From Camelus ferus (taxonomy: Eukaryota), in contig NC_045696.1 in NCBI RefSeq assembly GCF_009834535.1, positions 80,168,001 to 80,232,000 on the forward strand: 64,000 nucleotides of DNA, in the 5' to 3' direction. A program made the position numbers and the translations under genes. Numbering within the stretch: the first letter of the stretch is position 1; every line of letters begins with the position of its first letter. The notes below the pieces were generated by a model that searched no databases, was not told where the DNA came from, and was given only the letters and a program-made list of their open reading frames with translations. Below, piece by piece: positions 24,780 to 37,320 of the stretch.

Positions 24780-25640
24780 ATGTCTAATTTACACACAAAT
24801 TGTACACATATTAAGAATACAGCTCAATTAATTTTTACATACAACCATGTAACCACCACCCATGTCAAAACAGAAAACATTTTCAACATTCCAGAAGGCC
24901 CACCAGTGTCACCTTCCTGTCAATACTGCCCCCATCCAGGATCACTGTTGTTCTTTCTCATCTCTGTCATCATTGATTAGTTTTATCTGTTTTTAAACTT
25001 CATATAAATCATACATTATACATATATATATATATATATAGGTGTCTTTTTTAATCAGATTGGAACATATCTCAGTAGTTTGTTCATTTTTATTTCTATG
25101 TCGTATTCCATTGTATAATACAATTCATCCATTCTACTGGGCTGTTTCCAGTTTGAGGCTATTATTAATAAAGGAGCTATGAACATTCTTTGCCTGTCCT
25201 GTTAGTGGACATAGCACTTCTTTCTGTTGGATATATACTCAGGAGTAGAATTGCTGGGTCATAGGATATACATATGTTTAGCTTTAGTAGTATTTCAATG
25301 TGGCTTTACAACTTACACTGTTATCAGCAATTTATGAGAATTCCCATTGCTCTGTATTTCACCAACACATGTATTGTCAGTCTTTTTAATTTCAGCCATC
25401 CTGCACAGGTAGGCAACACCTCATGGAGGTTTTAATTTGCGTTTCCTAGGTGACCAATGATGATGAACACATTTTCTATGTCTATTGGTCTTTTGGATAC
25501 TCTCTTTAGTGAAATGCCTGCTGAAGTCTTGCTCCTTTTTAAAAAATTAGTTTTTAAATCTGGATACAAGTCCTTCATTGGATATATGAATTACAAATAT
25601 CTTCGCCCGATCTTTCACTCTCTTCATAGTACCTTTTGAT
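24780..25640 (-). mobile_element. Old L1 (L1ME/L1MC-like) 3' end
   Basis: catgtaaccaccacccatgtcaaaacagaaaacatttt...ggctgtttccagtttgaggctatta...agtagaattgctgggtcatagg...gttttaatttgcgtttcct. Confidence 0.75.
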
Positions 25641-26269
25641 TAAACTACTGGATTTTTACATGACAAAAAATAAACTATTCTCTTTACTGGTAGAAACAAC
25701 AAGTTCATTGAATTGTCACTTTTTAGTTTTGTTTGATTTCAACCTACTGGTAGTTTTTAATGAAATATAAACTAATTTTCCGTATATTTGCAGCATACTT
25801 AGAAGAGCAGCCTGAATGGAGTTTACAGCACCATTGATTTAGAGCTCCAAGTTAATGAAACTGATCTTATTTGGCAAAGTTAGCATCTTTAAACTCAAAC
25901 TTGGAACTGACAAGTAAATACTAGCCCTTTATATATTAGTAAATGTGTTCAGCCTAAATCCATACAGCCAAACCAATAAATGGAGTAAAGAATCCTTGAT
26001 TATAAAAAGAGGCATTATCAGAGAGTTTTCATTACCCAAATTCCTTTAAGACATGGTTAAACAGAAAGGAAAAGTTTGCCATTACAGGAAAATATTCATT
26101 GATGAACTGAATATTTGTAAAACTGTTTCCCTCTCAAACCACCTTCCCAGCTTGACTTAAATGACTATCCCTGTAGAATCAAGAATGTGACAGTTTGTCT
26201 CTTACTGATTGTAGGACATTATAAACATCTGGCAATGCATAGCAACTTGGTGTCAAAATGAAATTGCAT

Positions 26270-26600
26270 TCCTTCAAGAGATGAAGAGCTTTATAACATT
26301 AACGAAAGTGATGTTGGAGAACTGCTCCAATCTCATGTACAGTCATGTGTCAAGACACTAGGTAAAAGCTGAAGAAGAAAAAATAGGTAAGGAATCAGAT
26401 AAATTAACACTAAAGATGAGAAAATGGGTACGGATGGTGACACAATAAATGCTTCCAAAAGGTACTGGCTTGAATACCAAAGAATTTTAAAAATCCCCTT
26501 GAAACGTTGATAAAACTCTTGATTTCTTTAAATCTTAATTTTTAACTATTTTGGAAAAATGATCCTCCTTTGCTGGTGTTGATCAGAGTAATTGCCATTC
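26270..26600 (+). mobile_element. Possible ancient Tigger-type transposase relic
   Basis: gaaagtgatgttggagaactgctccaatctcatg resembles the C-terminal region of old Tigger elements; heavily decayed. Confidence 0.35.
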
Positions 26601-28603
26601 TATAGTTTTGTCCAAGATAACATGCCGAATCAGCTCCCCAACATTCTTTGGACTCAGACTTAGTGCATTGTTGCAATTAATAATAAATCTGTTAACATTA
26701 AGATAATTATTTTTATTCTATACCTTGAAATTTGCTCCTTATTATAAGAGGGTTAATTCACTTTGACCCTTTGCTGCTACCATTTATCCTTGGATGATGA
26801 AAGTTTCTTGTAACTCTGGTCTATGTGAAGAAGTTTAGAGATGTACTTTATTTATTGCATCTACACTGTCCTCACTTGCTAATAACATAGTAGAAGCATT
26901 CTTAGAGCAGATAAGTGATCTGCAAGGACCACAGTGACAGGTTTGCATCCATGTCTGTCTGACTCCAAAATCTATTCTCTTTAGGTCAAAATGCCTCTCA
27001 GGACCTCAAAAGTGGAAGCAGCCAGAAACACAGGATGATTCCTTTACTTTCCAATCCTTTGAATGAGACAGTGATGTCTGTATTCTTACTCTTATCAGGC
27101 AAGCACTAATACTAATGCTTCATGTCTGCAAGGGCAGAGCGCTCCCACATACATCTCATATGGTCCTTACTGCCACCTGGGAGCTGGCAGAGAAACAGGT
27201 GAGCAGGACGCTCAGACTCAGCTGAGTAAGTTGTCTCACGACCCCAGGCTCAAAGCAGCAGTGCTGTAACTGGAACTAACACCTTTAGGCTTGGGAAAAG
27301 GCAGGGCTCTCTTCTCTTTACCACTGTCTCCTGGCATGAAAAGAGGTCAGAGAAAGGTAGAAGTTCAATGACCAAGTTAACATCTTAAGTAACATCTCCA
27401 CCAAATACACAGCCTTCATATCGTGACATTTTCCAGGTGAACAACCAGACTGCATCCCCACAAGTGGGGTGCCCACAACCCCAGAGAGAAGGAGGCTTTG
27501 AGATTACAATTCTCCTCACCTTGGGGACTCCAGAGGGTTCTAGCTTTTGAATTCTATACCAGTGAGAAAACCAGCAAAAGAACCCATGGGCGTCTCTGCC
27601 CCACCCAGTGCACTGTCCTGGGGAGCAGACAGAGGGAGCTTATCCAACACAGAGCCTGTGACATTCAACAGCCCCTGCATCGTTTTCTTTCAAATGTTTC
27701 TATCAGTTTTACTTTCTATTTCTCGAACTAACCTCTCAATTCTCATTCTTGTCCAGGGAAGTCTGAGACCACAGCAGCAACATACCAGGATTTAAAAACC
27801 TTGTTTAGCCCTTATTTCTTACAGAACTCTAGGCTCTTCAGACCTGTAAGATTTATTCTAATAAGCCCCGATCAATGCACACTCCCTCCCCATCTGGATA
27901 TAACTGGTAATAACACAGAAAGCAACAGGGTCAAACTTTGGACCCCAAAATTGCAGGGCTGGAAAAAGCAGAAAATTGTTTAATACTGCCTAGCCTATGA
28001 GAGGAAGCAGCAACTTGAAACAAAAACTAACTGCCTCAAACCTCTAAACACACATTCTGACTGCATCTACATCTAAAACTAGTTTTTAAAAGTTATTATT
28101 ATTATTATTAATTATTATTATCATTCCTTTTCCCTTCTCTGTCATGTTTATCAGGATTTTCTCTCCATTCAGGGAAAGCTTTTTTTTTTTTTTTCCTATT
28201 TTAGATTAATAAAGCTTTTGCTCAGTTTCTTAGTCAAATATAAACATGTACTTTCATGTCATCTGGGCCTCAATTCAAAACTTATCTAACAACTCCACCC
28301 AGTCCTTGGAAAATTCCAGAATAGCTCCCTGCCAGCTAGTTAATCAGTGAAACACTGTGCTAGCCACTCAGGAAAGCAGTTTCTAGATGATTGAACCTGC
28401 TTAGTTGAATTCAAATGCCTCCTGTCCCCTGAACTGGCATACCCTTTCTCTTTAGCTGAGGAATAAAGTGTACAGGGAGGTACGGCTCTCATCTAAGAAA
28501 ACAACAGGGTAGAAAAGACACTTCTCCAGCTTTAAAGATACAGATATGCAAACTAGTTTTATTCATTTAATATATATGAATATATACAATATGCATAATA
28601 TAA

Positions 28604-28651
<48 letters not shown>
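28604..28651. repeat. (TATC)12 tetranucleotide microsatellite
   Basis: Perfect TATC run. Confidence 0.95.
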
Positions 28652-28654
<3 letters not shown>

Positions 28655-30669
28655 ATCTTAGTGGCTAGTTGTTAAAGTAATAATAATTCCTTACCTCTGG
28701 AGAACTCAAAGTGTTATTACAGCTATGATTCTCATCTGCATTGTCTTTGGGAGGGGAGGGAAGGCAGGAAAGAGGGTGAGAGGGGGAAATCAAAACTGAG
28801 ATTCCCGTAGAGCTCACTCGGGGAATTCAGCTGAACTTGAACAAACAGGAACACCTGCCTGCTAGACTTTGATGCTTGTGGGAAAACAGCCAAAGCCCAT
28901 ACACGCTGGCCTTGACTGCCTTACGTGACTTACAGTGGATTTGCCTGGGTTGAGTTCTGGAGTCTTCAGAACTTTAAGAAGAAAAATAAATTATTCCCTG
29001 GTCTTTGCTGTATTTACCATAAAACCAGCATGATCATCACGCCCTCAGGGATAGGTGGAGAAAGCTTTCTGAAAACTCTGCCTCTTTCTTGGCACTCACC
29101 ATCATACACATACTATGACTCAGAACTGTGTCCCTGAGAGGCCTTAAATTGCTGGACAAGAAAGAGAAAAAACCTATCTCTGACCACTGGACCTCTGCCC
29201 ATCTTTCTACCTGGCACCCCAAACTAGGAGAGGCAAAGGCTTTAAGGACAGGTGACCAGTGGAACCTCTAGCATTAAAGAAAACCCACTGAGATATTTAG
29301 TGGACAGAACTGACATTTCTTTTCCTTTCATACTGTTGTAGGGCAGGAAGTCTATGAGTTGCAGAGAGGCCTTACCAGAGGTGAGTAAGAGGGGGCAGCT
29401 GGACCCAGGAAAAGTATTGGCTAGCTCTTCCCTCATTCTACCATAGCAAATGCAAATGCAAAAAAAAAAAAAATTGTCTTCTTTTAATTTAACGCTTTGC
29501 CTGTCAAGATTCAGCTTATTCTGCTCTGTGAAAGAAAAAAAAATTCACAATAATAAGGACTTGGCTCTGTGTAAAAGGTGATGTTGTTAAACTCCAAAGG
29601 TCTCTCTGAAGAATTATTATTTCAAAGAAAAAAGTGCTTTGGGGAAAAATAAACATTCATACATATATATTTAATTTATAAAGAAGAAATGTGGAATAAG
29701 CTTTTCTCCTCTTTTCTTTAGAAAATTGACTCTACTGATTTTTTGTAATGTTTTTTACCTTAAGCACATTCAAGAGAGATTTTTATCTTATGCTCCGACC
29801 TAAATCCTTTTCCTGTGTTTTCTCTTTTCCTTCTTCTTTCTTTCTCTCCTCTCCTTTTCTGATCTCTGCTCTCTTTGATTCTCCTCCATTTTTGAAGCTA
29901 GAATCAGGAGAAGAAAAGAAGGGGAAAAGTTAGGTGTGTGCTTACCACGCTTGTAAGACTCCCAGATATGTTTGTGCTGGAATAGACACAGAGTTAGGCC
30001 TGAGCATGCCTAAACTAGCTGACAAAATTTGCCTTAAATATTCTCAGTTTAGTCTGAGAACGATCAGTGGACTATAGGTCAAGATCCTAGAAGAAAAAAA
30101 ATTGCCTGTAACACTGTCATGCTGCACTCACACTTTTTTTTTTTTTTTTGGTTTAAATAAGGTGCTTTCATGAGATCCTTTTTTTATTGCATGGATCTGA
30201 GTGTGTGAAAGAGCTTAACTGTGCATGTGTGTTTGAGTGTGTATGTGCTTACTCATGTCGAGGTTTCTTGCCAAATGCTGAGCTGGTGCCTGGTTTCCTA
30301 GAATCAGCCATGGTTATAGTTATGTCTTCTCACAGAGCTCTTTCACTTTTGTTCTGCTTTATCCCAGATGAACTTTGGAGGTGGAAGGCTTCTAACCCTC
30401 TCGTTTTACGCACACAGAAAATTGGGACCAGTGGCTTGCTCAAGCCTTCCTGAGCTCCACACAGTACTCTTTCTTATGACTTTACTCTGGTTTTATACTT
30501 TAAGTAAAAATCCACACTCTTCCATCATTTGATGAAAGTTTCAATTTATAATGACTTAAAGCCATGTAGGGAGTCAATTATACTCAGTGAGATGATTGTT
30601 CATGATCAAAAAATACATTCAAAGGACAATTTTTTAAATGTTATTTCCATAGACTAACTTCTAGAGTTA

Positions 30670-30990
30670 AGACTTTTTGAGTCATTCAGAAACCCAAATC
30701 AAATTGGCTTAATCAAAGATGAGAATGTATGGACTATATAACTGAAAAGTACAGGGATGAGACTGGATGCAGGCTTCAGCTAAATCCGGATGGCTAAAAG
30801 ATGCAGTCAAATCCCCTTCACCCCCCAATCTCATGCTGACCTCATGCTCAGGAGGGCCAGCTCTCTCCATGTGGTGACCATATGGATACCAGCATCTCTG
30901 GACTCATATTACACTGGTTAAGCCATACTTAGAAGAATGCTCTTTTCTCAGCAAAATTCAAGCTGCTATCTTACTGGAAAGCCACTTGCC
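30670..30990 (-). mobile_element. Old MaLR LTR fragment (MLT1J/K-like)
   Basis: cagaaacccaaatcaaattggcttaatcaaagatgagaatgtatggactatataactgaaaagtacaggg. Confidence 0.5.
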
Positions 30991-32519
30991 TATGGCTGAA
31001 ACATTTTAGTCTATTGTTTCCAAAAGTTTGTATGCATGTCACTAGTGCTCCTTGAGGTGATTCTAGATGGTAAGCAATCATTTATCTTAATTTTAGTAAT
31101 TATATTAATTTTCATGTATATAAAAAAATAACTAATGTGTCAAAATTTCTTTTATGCTTTGGATAAAGATGAAATAGAAAGGCAGTAATGCATTTTTTAT
31201 GGTTGGAATGAATTTCAGGTATGATGTTAAGTTATGTTCATGACTGTTTCAAACCTATGGTAATCTCATTCATTCAAGAAGACTTCACCTTTCCCATGGA
31301 GGCAAAGTGTTGCACAGACAGAAAAATCTAGGCATGTTGTTTATCAAGGGGGAAAGTTTGGGATAATTTAAGTCAAAGATTCTGCAAGAGTCCATTCCAT
31401 GTGATTATTCATCAGGCAGCTTTTGAAATGAAGTCAGTATGTCACAAATAGTATTTGATGGTTTCACATTTCATGTTACAGTTGATAAAGGAAAGTTTTA
31501 CTTCTGTGAATGTGAAACCAGGTCATAATATCAATCTTTTTTGAATTAATGAGTCATATAAGCCCATGAGTGTAGCTCTGAAAATCTTTACCCTACTTGA
31601 GAAGAAGTAGTGCCATTTTAGTAAAAAGTAAAATTAATTACATGATTGGCTGTTCCACAATTTCCTTGTCAACAAAAATTATATAACTGATTTTGTTCCT
31701 TCTGATTTATTTGTATGCAATTTGATTTCCAAGATAAAGCAAGCTTCCTTCTCAAGTTTAACTCAGATTCTATTCCAGGAACAAACACAAGCTGTTTCAT
31801 TTCACATATTCTTTTAAGGTATCACTTTCATTTCCCTCTGGTTTCTCTATGAGTAGTAGCCCAAGGGGGAAGAAGGTTGTCATAGTGTGTTCATCTCTCT
31901 ATACTTAAGTGAGTTCTTAAAATTTCCTTCAGGTAAGTAGAGTATGGAGTTATAATGTAATTTTCACATATTTGCTATGATAAAAATTTATAAGGATTCA
32001 TCCACCATGAAAATACAAAATAAGCTTTCATTGCTCCATATAAACTATTATTCTACTCGATGACCAACAGACGGAACCCTGATTGTCCATATCCTTCTTA
32101 TGGTCATTGTTTCTTTTTATTCATGTTGTCACAAAGGACTTCATTGAATCTGCACCCACTATCAAGGTAAAGCAAAACTGAGGATATATCTAAACAATGG
32201 TGAAAACAGGACAGAGTGAAAATTTTAAAAAAGCACATGCAAACGAAAGAAAGAAAGGAAATATGGATTTACCTGACACTTTATTTCACATGTAACTTAC
32301 ATGGTACTCACATGTGGAATATTATTTCTGTATGCACACACACACAACTGTACACATTTTTTAAGAAGTTAAATCACTCTGTCAATTTCACCCAGCTTGT
32401 AAGTTGTTGTTTTGCTTGACTCCAAAAAAGTTGCTTCACTTTTCAGCCTCAGGAGGAACAACCCCACAGGCAAAATTAGTCTACCTTATTTAAAACTCTT
32501 TGGAATATCTTTTTTGTGT

Positions 32520-32660
32520 TACAATATATTATGCATTATTTATTATTATGTTATTTCTTATTAAATATATTATACATTATTTTATATGTTTATTATTATA
32601 TACTATACACTTTTACTATTATATATTATATGTTTATTATATATATTATATATTATTATA
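32520..32660. repeat. AT-rich low-complexity (TAT/TA)n tract
   Basis: Nearly pure A/T degenerate tattata repeats. Confidence 0.85.
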
Positions 32661-33529
32661 TGTCTGCCACATTAGAAGGTGATTTCTCTAGTAAAATAGG
32701 TTGGGGGCCAGAAAAACCATTATTTGGCTAATCTGCTTCTCGAGCACAGTAAGAGGGAAAGGTCTTGCTCAACAGCAGGAGAGGCAGATATCCTGAGAAC
32801 CCTAAGGATAATAACTCAAAGCCTGGTGGAAGCAGCTGGTAAAGGCCATGCAAGTAGCATTATCCGTTCATAATTTTTTTTGCCCAAGCACCCTCTAAGC
32901 AACATGGAGTGAAATCTAATGTTTCGAGCTGGGGGCAAGGGAGGGAACAGTGTGAGGCCTTCTGTTTTCAAGTGGAGAGTAAAGGGCAACTCTCAGTGAC
33001 CATGCTAGAGTGGAGCCAGGCCCACAGCAGAGGGGCCCTTGGTAACAAGGAGCCGCCAGTAAACCAGGAAACAATGAGGCTGTTTAAAACCCAGGTGTGG
33101 CCTTATTGCCAGTCACTGGAGCCATGGGGATGCACCATACTTTGCTATTATGATAATAATAGCAGTGATGGTAATATAATGCTTCATCGTAGGTGCTTTA
33201 AATGTGTTATTTATTATTCTCACAAGGTTAGTATCAGCATTTTGCAATGAGGCTCAATGAAGTTCAAAACTGCAAAACCGCTCTGCAAGAATTATGGCAG
33301 AACTAGATCCCTCCTAGGTCCTGGGCTATTTGATTTTTCCAAGTTCCTGCTTGTTACCAATCACACCGAGCAGAACACGTGTGTTAAATGTGGAGCCTTT
33401 TATTTAGTACCTGCTAGGGCACCTAGTCAGTGTTAGCTCCCTTCTTCCTGCCTGTGACTTGCCTGTTGGAAAGAAACTTCTGGTGTTGTTTTATCCTCGT
33501 GTCTGATTGTTGGCTGGCTGTGTTTGTGC

Positions 33530-33972
33530 TACAGATTTAATGTCTTTAAACTGCAAATTTATTACCTTACATTTCTGGAGGTCAGAAGTTTAAAATCAGT
33601 CTTGCTGGCCTAAAATCATGATGGTGGCAGGACTGGTTCCTCCTCGAGGCTGAAGTTGGGAATGTGTTGTCTCTTCCAGCATCTAGAGGGTACCTGTATT
33701 TCTTGGCTTGTGGCTTCTCATCATATCTCCTTTTCTTCCCTCTGTGTCTGCCATCACATCTTCACAACTCTCACCTTCCTGCCTCTCTTTCTGTTAAACC
33801 CTGTGATTATAGTGAGCCCACCTGGATAATCCAGGCTCGTCTCCTTAACTCAAGATCCTTAATTTAATCCTACCTGCAAAGTCTCTTTACCGTGTAAATT
33901 AATATATTCACAGTTTCACAGAGATTAGGGTGTGAATTTCTTTGAGGGGCCATTATTCAACCTCCCATACCA
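33530..33972 (-). mobile_element. MaLR LTR (MLT1D-like)
   Basis: ttctggaggtcagaagt...gcccacctggataatccagg...tcaagatccttaatttaatcctacctgcaaagtc...gaggggccattattcaacc. Confidence 0.75.
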
Positions 33973-34077
33973 TCTGAGTGAAAACTGGGTGGTCAGGCTG
34001 TGCTGTAGGAAAGGGCATAACATGAGTGGGGCCAAGGGCAAAAGGCAGTAAGATCACCCAGAGAAGAAACCAGTACA

Positions 34078-34507
34078 TGAGTTGAGGTCACTGAGAACAG
34101 ACAACACATACACCAAGCTCAAGTGGTGCAGCATTTACTTATAACAAGAGGAGAGAAATTGTGCACAAGATCCAGCTCCTTGCAATGTGTCGAGCCCCCA
34201 GGGCAGCCAATTCAGGTAGCATGGTTGCCCGCACCCTATTTTGTGCTGCCTTAGGAGGACCCAAACTCTAACCCCACACCTATGGACTCTGAAATACAGA
34301 AAGCTGGGAGTGTTCCTGAGGCAACAGATGCATGCACTTAAGCAAAACAAAGCAGCACACGGTGAGTCTGAAACAGAGAAAGCTACTCCCCTGCAAGGCA
34401 ATAAATCGAGCACAGGTGTGTGGGCTTCCTATGGCTTGGTAAAGCCCATTCTCATGTGGCTGGGTGGGGGTCAAAAGACTGCAAGCTCGAGACTGCCTTT
34501 CCCAACA
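34078..34507 (-). mobile_element. ERVL-class solo LTR (MER74/MER54-like)
   Basis: Minus strand begins TGTTGGGAAAGGCAGTCTC... and ends ...cagtgacctcaactCA; ~430 bp. Confidence 0.5.
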
Positions 34508-34563
34508 CTCTTTTCTGATCCCCTTCACTGGGAGCTGGTTTGGGAGCAACCAAGGATAGGAAA

Positions 34564-35400
34564 GGGGGAGTGGCCAAGATGGTCACTCTGAGCTCACCTC
34601 CTCCCCCAGGCACACCACAATTACAGCTATGTACAGAGCAACTATCAATGAGGACAGCCTGAAGACGAGCAGAAAAATCTACAACTAAAGATACAAGAAG
34701 GAGCCACAATGAGATGGTAGGAACAGCAAAGGCCTCGTATGGGCAAGACCCACACGGCCAGGTAGGCGGCCCACAAACAGCAGGGTATTCACAACTGTAA
34801 GATTCTCCCAAAGGAGCGAGGGGTCTGGGTTCCACACTGGGCTTCCCGGCCGGGGGTCTTGCGCTGGGAAGACGGGCCCTCAGAACACCTGGCTGTGAAG
34901 GCCAGCGGGGCTTATCTGCGGAGGGCTGGAGGGCTGTAGGAAACAGAGACTCCACTCTGAAAGGGGGCTCATAGGCTCCGAGACCCAGGGCAGAAGCAGT
35001 CATTTGAAAGGACCCTGTGTCAGAACCACTTGGCTGATCCTGGAGAGCTTACGGGAGAGGCAGGAAGCAATTAAAACTCATCCTGGGACGTGGGCACTAG
35101 CAGTGGCCATTTTGGGAGCTCATGCTACCGTGAGGACACAGGTGCTGATAGACACCATTTTGGAGTCCTTCCTTCCTTTAGTTTATTAACAGCTGGGGAA
35201 CAGCCCCACCCACAGCCAGTTGACACCAGTCCTGGGAGCCCCACCCAGGCCAAGCAGCAAGCTGTGCAGGAACACAGCCCCAACCACCAGCAGGCAGGCA
35301 GTGGCTGTAGGTCCCTGTGAGCCCCCCAGCCACCCCAACATCCAGTGTCGCCTACCAGCAGGTGGGCAACGGCCCCAGGCACCACCCCGCCTCCCGGGCC
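34564..35400 (+). mobile_element. L1 5'UTR (promoter region) without adjacent ORF1
   Basis: Starts ggggga...CAAGATGG (YY1-like, 34575-34582), then ctgagctcacctcctcccc...aactaaagatacaagaaggagccacaatgagatggtagga...gaaggccagcggggctta...gccattttggg; GC/CpG-rich, typical laurasiatherian L1 5' end. Confidence 0.75.
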
Positions 35401-35724
35401 CTGCCTAACTGCAGGGTGCCATTCATACAAAACATATGTATGTTTATTACATCAGTTTTCCAACAGATGGAAGGAAAGTGTCTTGAGAAAAGAGTTGTTA
35501 ATCTGCACAATGGTGCGGTGTTGGCAAGCAGTGGCTCTGCTCTGCCCTGAGAAGAGGAAGAAACAATTCTGAGGGTAGGGGAAAGGGAAAGAAAGCCTTA
35601 TCACAAAGAAAGATAGTTCTCATAAAAAGTTCCTAACCACCTGCTCAAGGAACTCAGCTTAATGTTTAAAAGAACAATTATCACTTGAAGATACCAAATA
35701 GGCTAGCAAGTTATGTCACTCCCT

Positions 35725-36958
35725 TATTTTTTTTATTGAAGTACAGTAACAATGTGTCTATTTCTGGTGTACAGCACAATGTCCCAGTCATGCTTATACA
35801 TACATACATTTGTTTTCATATTCTTTTTTATTAAAGTTTATTACAAGATACTGAATATAGGTCCCTGTGATATACAGAAGAAACTTTTAAAAATCTATTT
35901 TTATATATAGTGGCTATCATTTGCAAATCTCAAACTCCCAAATTTTTCCCCTCCCACCCCCTTTCCCTGGTAACCATAGGTTGTTTTCTAGTCTGTGAGT
36001 CTGTTTCTATTTTGTAGATGAATTCATAGTGTCCTTTTTTTTTTCTTTTAGATTCCACATATGAGTGATATCATACAGTATTTCTCTTTCTGGCTAGCTT
36101 CACTTAGAATGACGATCTTTAGGTCCATCCATGTTGTTGCAAATGGCATTATTTTATTCTTTTTTATGGCTGAGTAGTATTCCATTGTATAAATACCACA
36201 ACTTCTTTATCCAGTCATATGTCAGTGGACATTTAGGTTGCTTCCATGTCTTGGCTATTGTATCTAGTGCTGCTATGAACATTGGGGTGCATGTATCTTT
36301 TTGAATTAGAGTTCCCTCCAGATATATACCCAGAAGTGGGATTGCTGGATCATACAGTAAGTCTATTTTAGTTTTTTGAGAATCTTCATACTGTTTTCTG
36401 TAACAGTTGCACCAAACTACATTCCCACCAGCAGTGTAGGAGGGTTCCTTTTCTCCACAGCCTCTCCAGCATTTATCCTTTTGAAGGATGGCCATTCTGA
36501 CTGATGTGAGGTGACACCTCATTATATTTTGATTTGCATTTCTCTGATAATTAGCAATATTGAGCATTTTTTCATGTGCCTATTGGCTATTTGTCTTCAT
36601 TGGAGAATTGCTTGTTTAGATCTTCTGCCTATTTTTGGATTGGGTTGTTTGTTTTTCATTTTAAGTTGTATGAGCTGTTTATGTATTCTGGAAATTTAAG
36701 CCTTTGTCAGTCGCATCATTTGCAAATATTTTCTCCCATTTTGTAGATGTTTTTTTGTTTTGCTTATGGTTTCCTTTGCTGTGCAAAAGCTTATAAGTTT
36801 AATTAGGTCTGATTTGTTTATTTTTGGTCTTATTTCTCTTGCCTGGGTAGACTGCCCTAGGAGAACATTGCTGAGATTTATGTCAGATAATGTTTTGCCT
36901 ATGTTTTCTTCTAGGAGATTTATTGTGTCTTGTCTTATATTTAAGTCTTTAAGCCATT
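35725..36958 (-). mobile_element. 5'-truncated lineage-specific L1 (ORF2 C-terminus + 3'UTR)
   Basis: Translations [11 protein letters not shown]...YDPAIPLLGIY...CTPMFIAAL...IAKTWKQPKCP and WLKDLNIRQDTINLLEENIGK are L1 ORF2 C-terminal motifs with frameshifts; T-rich tail at 35725. Confidence 0.95.
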
Positions 36959-36959
36959 C

Positions 36960-37320
36960 CAATATAGCAAGTTATTTCAGTAATATCTTTTATAACTAAT
37001 GAAAATCTTGGATCATGCATTCCATTCAATTAACACATCTTTTTAAGTCTCCATTAATGTGAAACGATTCCTCAGATTTCCTGTGTTTTATGACACCAAC
37101 ATTTCTGAAGAGTGCAAACCAGTTATTCTGTAGACTGTTCCTCAGTTTGGGTTTGTCTGACTTTGTCTCATCATTAGATTAGGGTTATTTGTCTTTGTCA
37201 GGACTATCACTCAGTTGTTGCTGTGTTCTTCTCAGTGCATGTTACCAGCAGGCACAGGATATTGATTTGTCCTTTTACTGATGATATTAACTTTGGCCAG
37301 TTGGTTAAAGTGATATGGTA
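36960..37320 (-). mobile_element. Old L1 (L1MC4-like) 3'UTR fragment
   Basis: ttctgtagactgttcctcagtttgggtttgtctgac...gctgtgttcttctcagtgcat...gatattaactttggccagttggttaaagtg. Confidence 0.65.

Noticed and set aside
34452..35003. 183-aa minus-strand ORF as a gene
   Set aside because: Antisense to a GC-rich L1 5'UTR, with Pro/Ala/Gly-rich composition and no recognisable domain or splice structure
36154..36962. ORFs of 137 and 88 aa (and 62060-62491, 143 aa) as host genes
   Set aside because: Frameshifted fragments of L1 ORF2
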